Below are positions 23,201 through 33,998 of a stretch of DNA of 64,000 nucleotides, piece by piece. Source of the DNA: Macrostomum lignano (taxonomy: Eukaryota). Where the stretch lies: contig NIVC01002252.1 in the NCBI GenBank assembly GCA_002269645.1, forward strand, positions 1-64,000, given 5' to 3'. Position 1 is the stretch's first letter. Every line of letters starts with the position of its first letter. Under the pieces are notes generated by a model. That model had not been told where the DNA came from. It saw only the letters and a list, made by a program, of their open reading frames with translations, and did no database searches. The position numbers and the translations under genes were made by a program.

Positions 23201-24701
23201 GGTGGGCCAGACCCGCCACATCGCAGTGACCTCCAGCGCCTGCAGCATCTGGAATGTGAGCCACAGCTGCCGGCTGCTGCAGGCTGATGGCGCTTCACCC
23301 GTGCCGCTCCGCAGAGTTGAAGTACGCTTGCACTGAGACTGGCCAAAGTGCTCAGAGAAGTGCAGAGCCTCACCTGTCCCCATCTGCACCCTCATTCGCA
23401 TTGCAGCAGAGCAGCTTCAGCAGCGCTCACCAGCTGCAGGTGAGCAGGTCGATGGCTCACCAGAACTGGTCGGTTCGCTGCAGCGTCAACCAGTCAGGTG
23501 TGGTGTATGATAAGGCTGAGAGTCTGGAGCAGCTGCGACCGCCGATTTTCTGTGAGTGCCGAACAGTGAATGAAGCGAGTCAGCTGTGAACGCTTTGCTT
23601 GAATGCGATTTCCAATTTCACTGCAGACCCGGCAAGCATTCAGGTAAATGGCAGCATTGAGAGCTCGCGACTGCACCTGGCTGTGGCTGCCTCCGACGCT
23701 CGGCCTCCGGTGACATCCGTGAAATGCTTAATTTCGAGTTCTATTGTGAGCAGTAGCTTTGATATTTGTTGTTGGTTTTTCTGCTTGAAATTATTCGCAA
23801 AAATTCGAACAATTTATTTTCTTCCTGTCTCCAGCAAGTGACTCTGCACAAGCAAAGCGATGCCAACACGTGGAGTTTTGATAGCGATGGAGGTCCAATG
23901 AATGTTTTTTACAGAAGGCAGCACCTCGCTGCATCGAACATCACTATCTACTGCACTGCCCATCAGGTGTCAACGAATGGCAACCTGATATTTCAGAGCC
24001 ACAGCTCGAAACAAATTTACGTAGCTGAATCGATTGGCACTACGGATCTGCCAAGCACTCAATCAGTGAAGGCTGTTGAGTCAAAGGGTATGGGGCTTGA
24101 GTCGCACTCACTGTTCTAACATGTTTATTGAGAACATCGGAGCTAATCAACCTTCAAGAAACACACTAGCTGGTAAAATTATTGCTGCAGGTCCATTCTC
24201 AACCGTGTACGCCTTTCCACTGTCGCACCTGCTCGTTGCGTCCGCTTCGGTGATAGCCGTAATTGTGATGGTTGGCATTGCCTCAGCTGGGATTGCCTGG
24301 GTAAATAATACCTTTTCTGGATAGGTACAGTGGTAGCTATCACTGTCAGTCAGTCAGTCAGTCAGTCAGTCAGTCAGTCAGTCAGTCAGTCAGTCAGTCA
24401 GTCAGTCAGTCAGTCAGTCAGTCAGTCAGTCAGTCAGTCAGTCAGTCAGCTGTTACCCTTGCAGAGAGTGTCCCGGTCCAGATTAGTCGCACTGGCTGCT
24501 CAGCGCAGAGGCGGCGGTGCTCTTCAGATGCAGCCGCTGGCAGCCGCGACCTCCGCGGGCGCCGGCAGCAGCGCGTACGACTACCCGTCCACGAATGCGA
24601 CAGTTCAGGGCAGCAGGAGCCACAGCGAGGCCGGAGAGTCCAACAACATACCCAGTGTCTACCTGGTGCTCACTCCGTCGAGGAGGTCTCAGCAGCAGTA
24701 G
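20296..24701 (+). CDS. Family A receptor A4: signal peptide, discoidin-like domain, 4 Ig-like domains, TM, ITIM-like tail (about 740 aa)
   Basis: 14 GT-AG, phase-consistent, stop-free exons: 20296-20383, 20460-20648, 21381-21532, 21635-21707, 21825-22027, 22104-22249, 22332-22485, 22713-22899, 23155-23321, 23407-23551, 23627-23745, 23835-24087, 24191-24300, 24465-24701. TM LLVASASVIAVIVMVGIASAGIAW; tail AYDYP and SVYLVL. Confidence 0.8.
20712..21370. repeat. Diverged 41/42-bp version of the intron-2 minisatellite, about 16 units
   Basis: Unit GCACTCTGAGACAGTGTGAGACCAGCTACTGTAGCATTCAA; the 5' units are 42 bp (GAGGACC). Confidence 0.95.
22948..23142. repeat. 15-bp tandem repeat (CCCAGCCACCCCTCA) x about 13, A4 intron 8
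   Basis: Direct tandem units; reads (PATPH)n on the + strand. Confidence 0.95.
24345..24450. repeat. (CAGT)n microsatellite just upstream of the last A4 acceptor
   Basis: Perfect tetranucleotide run. Confidence 0.97.
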
Positions 24702-25489
24702 CAGCTGGTCAGCAGCTTTGAGCCGAGGCAGCAGAGCTGAGAGATGCTGAAAGCAGGGAATAAACTGATTTTTTCTACGACCTACTTTGAAGTTATTTTC
24801 CACTCAAAAACTACAATATAAAGCTTTTAGTTCGTCAATTTTATAGTTCGACTGGTTATCAGAGTTTGTAGCGGCGAAAAAAGGATTCTTGTGAGTCTTT
24901 AAGTGAAACTTTTTTGCTTCTTGAAAGGATTATTTTAACAATAGCATTAATTTATGATAAAAATTAAATACAATAAAATAAATTATTGCAGAAAATTGTC
25001 CTTCCAGACAAAAAGAGAAGAAAATAAAATTTGATCAAGAAAGGAGACAGATTCTATCGCAAAATCAAAGGTGCACAAACTCAAAATTCGAGACTGAAAG
25101 CTTATTTAATAATTTCAGCTGAAGGTGCGTGTTGAACATTTTGTCTGTTACCCTCTGTCAGTAGCAGGTAGCCTGATTATGCCAGTGTAGTTTTCGTCTA
25201 TGATGACAGCAGAAACTTCAATAGTTTCGATCGGTAGCGGCAGTTGTGTGTCCTTTTTTGTTTTTTTGTTTGTCTGGTTCAGTAACGCAGTGCAGAATTA
25301 TACATGCGAATGTTTTATATGAGCAGTGCAACAACAAGCCTGAACGTGTCTCAATATTTTGAGTTCTCGGAGAACACGGTGCTTACTTAGACTTAGCTGC
25401 AGGGTGGTCCGTAGACACAGCGGGGAGGCGAGGGTCGCCCATTCCGCTAGCCCCTGAAGGCCCGCAGATAGGCAGAGGCGTGGGGCCGG

Positions 25490-28400
25490 TCAGGGTGGTC
25501 CGCCGGTCCGTCCTGCAGCGTGATCTTCCGTAGGGAAGAAAGTGGCTCGTCTAGTCGCCCGAAGGAACTGGATGAGCCGTGGGATGCTGTCGGGCTGGCA
25601 GACCTCGTCAATGGACGGGTTCGGCCCGAGGTAGCGTAGCCGGTCTCTGTTAAAGAAGGGGCAGTGACAGACAAAGTGCTGAGCATCTTCATTGTCGCAC
25701 TCGCAAAAGGGGCAAATTTCGCTCTCGAGGTCGCCTCGGAGGAAGCAGTGCCTGGCGAGGTAGCCATGGCCGGTAAGGGTCATGACAAGGGCTCGAATAT
25801 CCTTCCGATTCTGGTTCAGAAGGATGTTTCTGAGCCTGTGAGACGGGCAAGGAACCGCGGCACGAGATTGCCGGCAGTTTTGGGTGCCCGCCCATCTGTC
25901 CCTGTGGAGGGAGTCAGCCCAGTCGTCGATCTGACGATTGATGACTGTCAAGGGCATAGGGACCAGGGGGGCAGGGCCGAAGAAAGAGCCAGAGCCGCCC
26001 CTCTTGGCGAGGGTGTCTGCCAGCTCGTTCCCCGGAAACCCTGCGTGCCCTGGGATCCACTTCAGCCTGACAGTATTGCTTCTGGCCAGGAGGTTGAGCT
26101 GCCGGGCGCAGTCGGCGACTGTCCGGGAGTTCGTTGTGGTGTGGCAAAGGGCCTGTAAGGCCGCTTGGCTGTCGGAGTGGATGACAATAGTCTTTCCTCT
26201 CGTAACCTTGGCGTTCAGCTCTGCAGCGCAAGAGCTGATGGCAAGGACTTCGTTCTGGAAGACTGTGGAGAGTCTACCAGTGTGCTGGGCATGCGTGGCA
26301 ATTACGCGGCCGTTGATGATGGTGCAGACCCCAAAACCGGCGCGACCGTCTTTGATGGATCCGTCCGTGTAGCAATGGACCTCCTGGAAATTCCAGTGGT
26401 CATTGGCAGCATCCCTAGAGGGGATGGTGACCTTGTAGCGCTGAAAGAGGTTGAGAGTGCGGGGTTCGCCGTCAGATAGGACGTGGAGCCCGCCGCTGTC
26501 TCTCAAGTCCTTGAGGCAGAGGTCAGCGTGGGGCAGAAGCTTGCGCTTAGCCATGGCCCTATGGGGCTGGATTCGAATACCAGCGTCAGCTAGACGGCGG
26601 GCAGTCTTAGCCGCTTCCCTGCGGACAAAGATGTCCAGCGGAGGAATGTTGAGGAAGGCGTTGAGGCCATCGTAAGGAGCAGACGGAGGGGCGCTCATGA
26701 TCGTGCGACATGCGCGCCCTTGTGCTCTCCTGAGAGCCTCTAGACAGGTCTTTATCTGCAGGGCGCTAGCCCAGATCAGGCCGCCATACGAGATAGCGGG
26801 CCTAACCATTGCAGTGTAGATCCACCAGAGGCGCTTGGGGGTGAGCCCCCAGGTGGTGCCGACAGCCCTGCGCAGTTGCGCGAGGACTGTGAAGGCCTTT
26901 TTGGCTTTTGTTTGAACGTGGGGTGACCAGTTCAGCCTGTGGTCCAGGGTAATACCCAGACATTTAGTCTGCTTGCAGAAGGGGATTTCCCTTCCGTAAA
27001 GCGTGAGCGGCCGAATCTGCCACTTGGTCCTGCTGGTGAACATGATCGCTGCGGTCTTAGTCTCAGAGAGCCTTAAACCACAGCGGTCCGCCCATTGCTC
27101 AGCGGCGTAGATAAAGTTCTGAAGAAGGTCCCTGAGGGTATCAGGGGACGGACCAGATGCCACCGCGGTGACATCGTCCGCATATCCAACTTTCAGAATG
27201 GGGTCAGGCCGAACATCCCGGAGGAGCTCATCGATGACCATATTCCAGAGAACTGGAGACAGCACCCCACCTTGCGGGCTACCTTTGCAGACGGGGACCG
27301 TCCTCTGGTAGCCCAGCAGACTGGCGGTGGCCGTGCGATGGCTGATCATGTACATGATCCACTGGTGAGATGTGAGTGCGTTTGCCTCTCACAAAGAGCT
27401 CTTCGGAACGCCTCAAAGAGGACGTTATCGAAGGCGCCAATGATGTCCAGGAAGATCCCCAGAGCAATGCCATTACCAAGCACGACCTTCTCGAGTTTAT
27501 CGACCAGGACGTGCAGCGCGCTTTCAGTGGAGCGACCCGCCCGAAAAGCGTGCTGGTTCTCGCTGAGAGGTGCGCCAAAGCACCAGTCTCTCCATCAGCT
27601 TGACCAGGGAGGAGGTCAAGCTGATCGGTCTGAAGGATTTGTTAGAATGGTAGTCCGGGCGGCCTGGCTTAGGGATAAAGATCACCTTTGCCTCGGTCCA
27701 TGCCTGTGGGACATAACCAAGCGAGCGTGATGCATGCCCGAAGAAGGCTGCAAAGTTTGCGCAGGAAGCCTGGGCATTTAACCGCCTCTCTTAGGAGGGT
27801 CGGTACAATGCCGTCGGGTCCTGGGGCTTTGAAAGGCTTGAAGGAATTTGCCGCTCTCACGATGCAGTCCTCCGTGATGATAGAGGCAGCCAGCGCGTGA
27901 CCTCCCTCCGAGTGATCCGGAGTGGTCTGGTTAGCTGGCTCGTTGGGGAAAAACGCAGTGAGCATTACATCAAGCGTTTCCCCTGGGTTGTCCGTGGACG
28001 TACCGTCGGTGCGTTTGACCGAGGAGAGCTTAGACATTTTGTCCAGCGTGAGCGCTTTCACAACTCTGGAGGTGGGGCGTGAGCCCTCTAGCTCCTCACA
28101 GTATTGTCGCCATTTTTGAGCCTTTGCATTCCTAACCTGCCTTTTAAACTCATGGATTGCTTCATGATAGGCGTTGGTCTGCAGGGCTCTTAGTTTTAGT
28201 TGCTCTGCGGTGGAGTCTCTTAGCCCTGCGACGGAGGTTGCCGAGCTCGGGATTCCACCACGGCGCCGATTTTTTCCCTTTATAGGCTTTTAAAGGGCAG
28301 GACGCCTCAAAGGCGGCGGTTAGCGTCTCTGTCAAAACAGTCGCGCACTCATCCGCCTCTCGGCACGACGTGATCGTGAATGGTTGGCCAGGAGACCGAT

Positions 28401-29180
28401 GGAATTCCTTCAGGGCGAGCCCGAAGGTTTCCCAATCAGTATTTCTGGCGTTCCGTCTCCACGTAACACGAGTTGCGCTACGCGCGGCCATTAGGTTGAA
28501 GGAGATGAACTTGTGATCCGAGAGTGAGGACACTGGAAGCACCCGCCACGCCCCAATACTCTGGTAGAGTCTGGGCGTTGCGAGCGTAGCGTCGATCACC
28601 TCCGACCACCGTCCGTTGTCAAAGGTAGGGGTGGACCCAGAGTTGCAGAACTCGAGGGTCGTAGAGGCAACGTAGGCTAGGAGGTCTTCGCCTCTCTGAT
28701 TAATGCCAGTGCTGCCCCAGTGAGTGTGGTGGGCGTTGATGTCGCCGGCAACCATGAGCTCGTAGTTTTACCAGAGCTACCAGAGCAGAGCTCTACCAGC
28801 GTAGCGAGGGCTCTGGGGACGACCGCAGCATCGCCTGGTAGGTAAACCGAGGCAATGAGGGTGGTCTTCCCAGGAAGAAGGTCCTCGGATTGGATGACGC
28901 AGATGTCCCTGTTGGACAGGTCCGATCTGAGCCACGCACTGAGCGTTTTGCTCGCAAAGATGCAAGCTCTGGGAGGCTGGTTGGCCTCGCGAGGGTAAGT
29001 ATAAAAACAATTGTAGCCAGCAGGGGCGTTTTGAGGCTTACCTCTGAGAGTCCAGGGTTCCTGGACGAGGATGAGCCCCGGCTTGTCGAGCTCGGCGTAA
29101 CGCATAAGGTTGACCGAGGCTGCGACGCAGTGCTGCAGATTAATCTGCAGGCAATGGATTCCCTGGTTGCTGATCATTAT
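25490..29180 (-). pseudogene. LINE ORF2 (endonuclease, reverse transcriptase, RNase H), split by several frameshifts
   Basis: Fragments 29183-28677, 28755-28162, 28061-27669, 27578-27279 and 27355-25490 lie in changing frames. Confidence 0.88.
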
Positions 29181-29454
29181 CACGCAGTTGGGGAATCGTT
29201 GAGCAGGTCATCCTCCTCCTTTTCAGTGGTGGGTGACCCGCAGACCTCCATGGGAGTTTCAGCGTCCTCAGCAGTTAGGGTGGCTGTGGAGTCCTCCGCG
29301 GACGTGAGCCCAGCGTGGACGTTACCGTCGCCTCCCCTGCGTGCTTCGGTGCTGTCACTGCCCGTCCCCTCTGCCTCGTCGGTCAGGTCGATGCGGGTGG
29401 CGCCAGCCTCCTGGTGAGTCACAGACTCGAACCAGTCGGTCGGAGCCTCCCCGC

Positions 29455-30650
29455 TTAGAGTCTGGCCTTCTGGCTGTTGGGTGGAGCGCGAGAAGCGCGG
29501 GCCCGCTCACGATGCGCACGAAGGTTCTTGGCCTGGTCCAGCGCGCGCTGGATCAGGCCGGACCTCCGGGTGCTCCTGGCGGGTCTGCGATTGCGATTTC
29601 CGGTTTCAGCAGCGCGAACTGCCTTACCGGGCATAGGATCGGCCGTTTGCCTCGGCTTCTTTGCCGGAGGAGCCTGGGCCCCAGTTCCGGTTTCGGAAGC
29701 TTTGGCATTCTTGGCTTCATCAGCTTTCCGCTCCTCGCAACGGAGGATGGTCAGCTGAGTCAGACCAATATGAATTGTGGACTTAGGCGGCAAGCGCTTA
29801 GCCCAGTCATCAGAGAGCCCTAGGATCACCGTAGCCCCCTTCTCCTTGCGGGAAGTGGCGTGGTGTAGGAGCCCGTTGACCTCAAGGTCGGGGTGCAGCT
29901 TTAGCAATATTTGCCTAAGCTGATCTCCGGACTTAATGGCACTGCCGGCCGGGATCCAGACGCGAAAGCGCTGGGTCTTCTGTCGTTCGCCCTCGCTGGC
30001 GAAGACGAGCTTGCCGAGCTTCTTGGGCCAGTTCAGCTTTGGCAGAAGCTCGCGTAGATTGCGGCTGCTCTCCTCCGAGCTGCACCAGATGAAGATGCAG
30101 CCGTCGGTCTTGGCAGACTTGACCACGCTCACAGGGCGGCCCGCCAGGAGCTGGTCGATGAGCGCAGCATCGATGGTGCGCCAGGCACTGTCGAGCCCGT
30201 CGGCCGTGAGGTCCTGCTCTTCCCCGAAGACGATGACCGCCGGTTGGAGCTTGACCTTTGAGGCGTAGTTGGTGGCGGCGGTTCCCGAAGGCCCGGCCGC
30301 GCTTGTAGCATGTATACTGGGTGGCTCACCAGCGGGGGTTGTATCCTGGGGGGCAGGGGTTGCTGTGGTTCCTTTCGGCCCAACAGCAGCCCGCCCTCCC
30401 TAGGTTTCCCCTCCGCCGGTGGCCGGCCCGCAGTACCCCGTAGTCGCCGTCGCCGCTCGTTGCGGCGTTGGTTGCGGGTGCGTCGGGCTTCAGCGGAGGG
30501 CCCGGTTGCGCGTGCGGGCATGTCACCGGCCGAGCCGGCGGCAAGCCCATCTGCCCCCGGTGGGGCGGCGCTGGTGCCAGAGTCACCGGCCGGAGTTGCC
30601 GGGGCCCCGGCTTCAGCGGGGTTGAAAGAGGCGGATGACGCCATAGCTGA
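29455..30650 (-). pseudogene. LINE ORF1 (gag-like, no clear zinc knuckle), one frameshift near 30300
   Basis: MASSASFNPAE... ORF continues in another frame into ...RFRVWIP...GATVILGLSDDW...; sits upstream of ORF2. Confidence 0.7.
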
Positions 30651-31235
30651 AAGCGGGAAGGAGTGAGCTGAGTCACAAAAGAAAGAGGAAAGAAGAAAAA
30701 GAAAAGGACCGCTAGCGACCGGACAACCCCCGGCCTTCCAGCCCATCGGCACGGTCAAACACCTTAGGCATTAGGGGGTACGTTAAGCAGTACCACGGCC
30801 TGCAGGCTGGCAAGCCAGACCCGCATACCCAAGTTCGGCCGAAGCCACTGGATGGGTCGCCAGCGTCGGAGCCCAGTCTGTCCAGCAGCCCTAGGGTCTG
30901 CCTTGAACACACGCGGGGACGAGTACCCTGGGTCGACTTGTGAAACAGCGTGAGGGGGGGGTCTGCGGCTGCCAGCGGCAAATAGCGGGTGCAGACCTCC
31001 CTCTCCAGCCTTGACCTGCTGAAGATAGGGGCAGGCGCGAAGCATCGCAGACCGTAGCCCATAGGCCTGGTCTGTCTCATACTTCACTGGCGTGCTGAAT
31101 ACACCTTCGCGTGCGAACACGAACACGGTACGACATTATGAATTATGAATATTTTAATGAAACATAGGATTAATGTTTGAGATGATTAGAGTTAGTTTTG
31201 CGTCTGGTTTCATTTTTTTACGTTAGAATTGTACC

Positions 31236-31612
31236 ATTTTCTATTATAGGCAAAAGGCTGTGTGCACCCTGGCGCACTTGAAGCGACATTGTCACACAAC
31301 CGGCGAGAGGCATTGCTGCCCATTGCGCCAACTCCCCTGAGCTGCAGGCACACAAGCGCGCGGATACGTACGCAGTCATACGCACAAGCACACACTCACA
31401 CGGGAGTGTACAGCGGCCCCTGACTTTATTTATCGTTAGGCATGTACACTTCACTGCGCCTTGGGGGTTGGCCCTCAAGGGCGTTAATTGCACGAGCAGA
31501 GCCAAGCCGAGATTCCAATTTAGCGACAAATATTAATGTGACTGGAATTGGAATCGAGCCTGGGCCGCTGGCACATCAGAGCGCCCACGCTAAACCAGTG
31601 GGCTACGGCCCC
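31236..31612 (-). mobile_element. SINE family 2 copy
   Basis: Reverse complement begins GGGGCCGTAGCCCACTGGTTTAGCG...GGCTCGATTCC; body matches 4552-4945. Confidence 0.7.
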
Positions 31613-32534
31613 CTTGAAATGATACTACTGTGTCATGCAGTCCTGTCACGCTGAATACACAGGCTTAAAGCAGTAGTGTTTTTTATGATTTTGCAGTTTT
31701 TAAAGATTTTTACTTTTTGCGTTTGTCAATTTAATCTTATCAATTATATTGGCCTGTCGAGTCTTAAAATACAGCTGACTTGTTTTCCAGTTTGAAAAAA
31801 CAGAGAAAACTGTAAAACTGCTTAAACTACTTTTTAGTTACAGAAACATGCATTGCACTGCACTATTTCACGAAGAAAATTCATGCCCAATGTACAAATT
31901 TTTGCATAAAGTGCGAACTACTCATAACATGGTCAGGTGATTTGCAACTCATTTGAGCCTGAATGTTATTAACAATCCATAAAAAGTCCATAATTATGTA
32001 TTCAACTCCATAGTATCACGAGTGAATATTTATTTTCGAGCTCATAATCAAGTCCAGCTGCCGTTATGGTAAGTTGGTAGGCACTCATAACTTGAAAGAT
32101 TTGAGCATCTTACGTAATTTAAAACTATCGAAATACCTTAATAATTCCCTCTATTCTCTGATTTCGCATGTGTCAGCCAATATGTCTGCTGTCTTTCGCC
32201 ACTCATTTAGAACTGATTGATGAATGATGATCTCAGTTGAGTGCATTTTGGTAAAGCTTGTGTCTTGTTCAGTGCTTTCAGTAATATTTTGTGGTTTCTG
32301 CTTGATTTATTAGTCACTGATCGTTGTGAACGTACTCATGCTTGGATTCTTATTAATACGAGCAGTGACTGTTCTAGTGGCCATTGCGTAAAAGCTTTGT
32401 TAATTGTTTGTTTGAGATTTGAGATCTGAGATTGCGATTGAGATTTTAGGGAATTGCTGAGATGTGAAGGCTGAGGTCAAAAGCTGATTTGACCACTGAT
32501 AATATAAACAACGCGTTTATGGTAATCGGTGGAT

Positions 32535-32652
32535 TTGACCAGGAAATTGAGCAGAAATTTGAGCAGGGATTTGAGCAGAAATTTGAGCAGGAATTTGAGC
32601 AGGGATTTGAGCAGGGATTCGAGCAGGAATTTGAGCAGGGATTTGAGCACAT
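32535..32652. repeat. 12-bp tandem repeat (TTTGAGCAGG[G/A]A) x about 9
   Basis: Direct units read from sequence. Confidence 0.9.
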
Positions 32653-33682
32653 GTTGTTAAGTAAAAACATTTTAACTCTTTGTTAGCTACCCAAGGTGGG
32701 GCGCTGATTGCTAATTTGGAATATAGTTGGATACTCTGACAGCACTGGCAGCAATGGAACCCGCTCAGAGCTAGGCAGACTGCCTTTATTGCATACTCAG
32801 CATCAACACTGAAAATTCGCCACTCTCTGCGCCAGTGAGCAATTTCTCTTGGACTGTTCTGAAATAAAAGATGCGAGAAAACTGATCGGGGCAGCTTTAA
32901 TCCGTCCAACCCTCGCACACCGCTTCCCCACCTCATTCCTCAACTCAAGTCTGCCGGCGTAGCTGAGTTGCGTCACTCGCAAAGATTGAGAAACTTTACC
33001 TGCACTCCCAAAAGTGGCGACCACAGACGGGGTCTTCTGTGATGGCGACTTTTCGATGTTGCTGAGCATACAATATCCAAACAAGAATTCAGTACCAGGC
33101 CTCACTAGGAAATCGCCCAGACTCCATCATCTCGAGAGTGCGTTTTAGTTCTTAATTTGTTAGTTTCAGTTATTTGTACTCATTCAATGTGTGCTGAGCT
33201 GCAGGAAATGTGCGAATTGCGTTCCAATTATTCTTAGAAAAGGTGACTTCTGGTGCGCCCAATCCTCGAAGTACGATTATGTAAAGATGTACAAGCAAAT
33301 GTCAATGATTTAGTCAGTTGAATCACTAGGGATCTCAAAATCCGCTCTAGACAACATCTGCTCCATCTGGAAAATAAATCATGCCAATGCGACAGCTAAA
33401 TAGTTCCAACTTCGAGTACAAGTAGTGCATAGCTTACCTGTTCACAGTTTCTTACTGCATAGTCGATGTCTGTATTGTAAATATAAAATTAGAGAGACTA
33501 TATATCCACAAGACTTCTATATGACGTGCAAAGAGCATATTTCTGATCTTGGTAATTACTCGTAGATCGTTGAATTACCATCAAGCTAAGTTAATGGATC
33601 TCTTGAAAAACTGCAGAGAGCAGTAATTCTATCTATGTGTAGCTCAGCACATTCACTTGAGTTGTTTGAATCGCCCATTTGC

Positions 33683-33777
33683 AGAACTTCGAATTCCATT
33701 TTCTGTTGGTCGGTCTACTGGTATCGGCATTGCAGTGAGTAGTGCGAATTTCATCAAGTTTGTTCTCGGAAAGATAC

Positions 33778-33812
<35 letters not shown>

Positions 33813-33837
33813 GAGACAGACAGACAGACAGACAGTC

Positions 33838-33874
<37 letters not shown>

Positions 33875-33913
33875 GGCAGACAGACAGACAGGCAGACAGA
33901 CAGACAGACAGAC

Positions 33914-33958
<45 letters not shown>

Positions 33959-33960
33959 GT

Positions 33961-33998
<38 letters not shown>

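Larger units (their letters stand above)
25381..31120 (-). mobile_element. Full-length non-LTR retrotransposon, Loa/R1-like, ORF1 + ORF2 (APE-RT-RNase H-CCHC)
   Basis: 9-bp TSD GAACACGGT at 25372-25380 and 31121-31129. EN motifs LQINLQH, GDINAHH, SDH; RT motifs QGGVLSPVLW, YADD; RNase H motifs YTDGS, SDSQAAL, WIPGHAG..GNELAD; C-terminal CPFC..EDAQHFVCHC; (CTAAG/TAAG) tail. Confidence 0.92.

Noticed and set aside
25664-30666. Plus-strand ORFs antisense to the LINE
   Set aside because: Expected shadows of a GC-rich coding strand; no recognisable motifs.
32200-33120. Possible decayed family-B remnant (CDGDFSMLLSIQYP resembles CSSPMLSLLSFP)
   Set aside because: Similarity is weak, candidate frames are interrupted by stops, and no consistent exon model could be built; needs tBLASTn.
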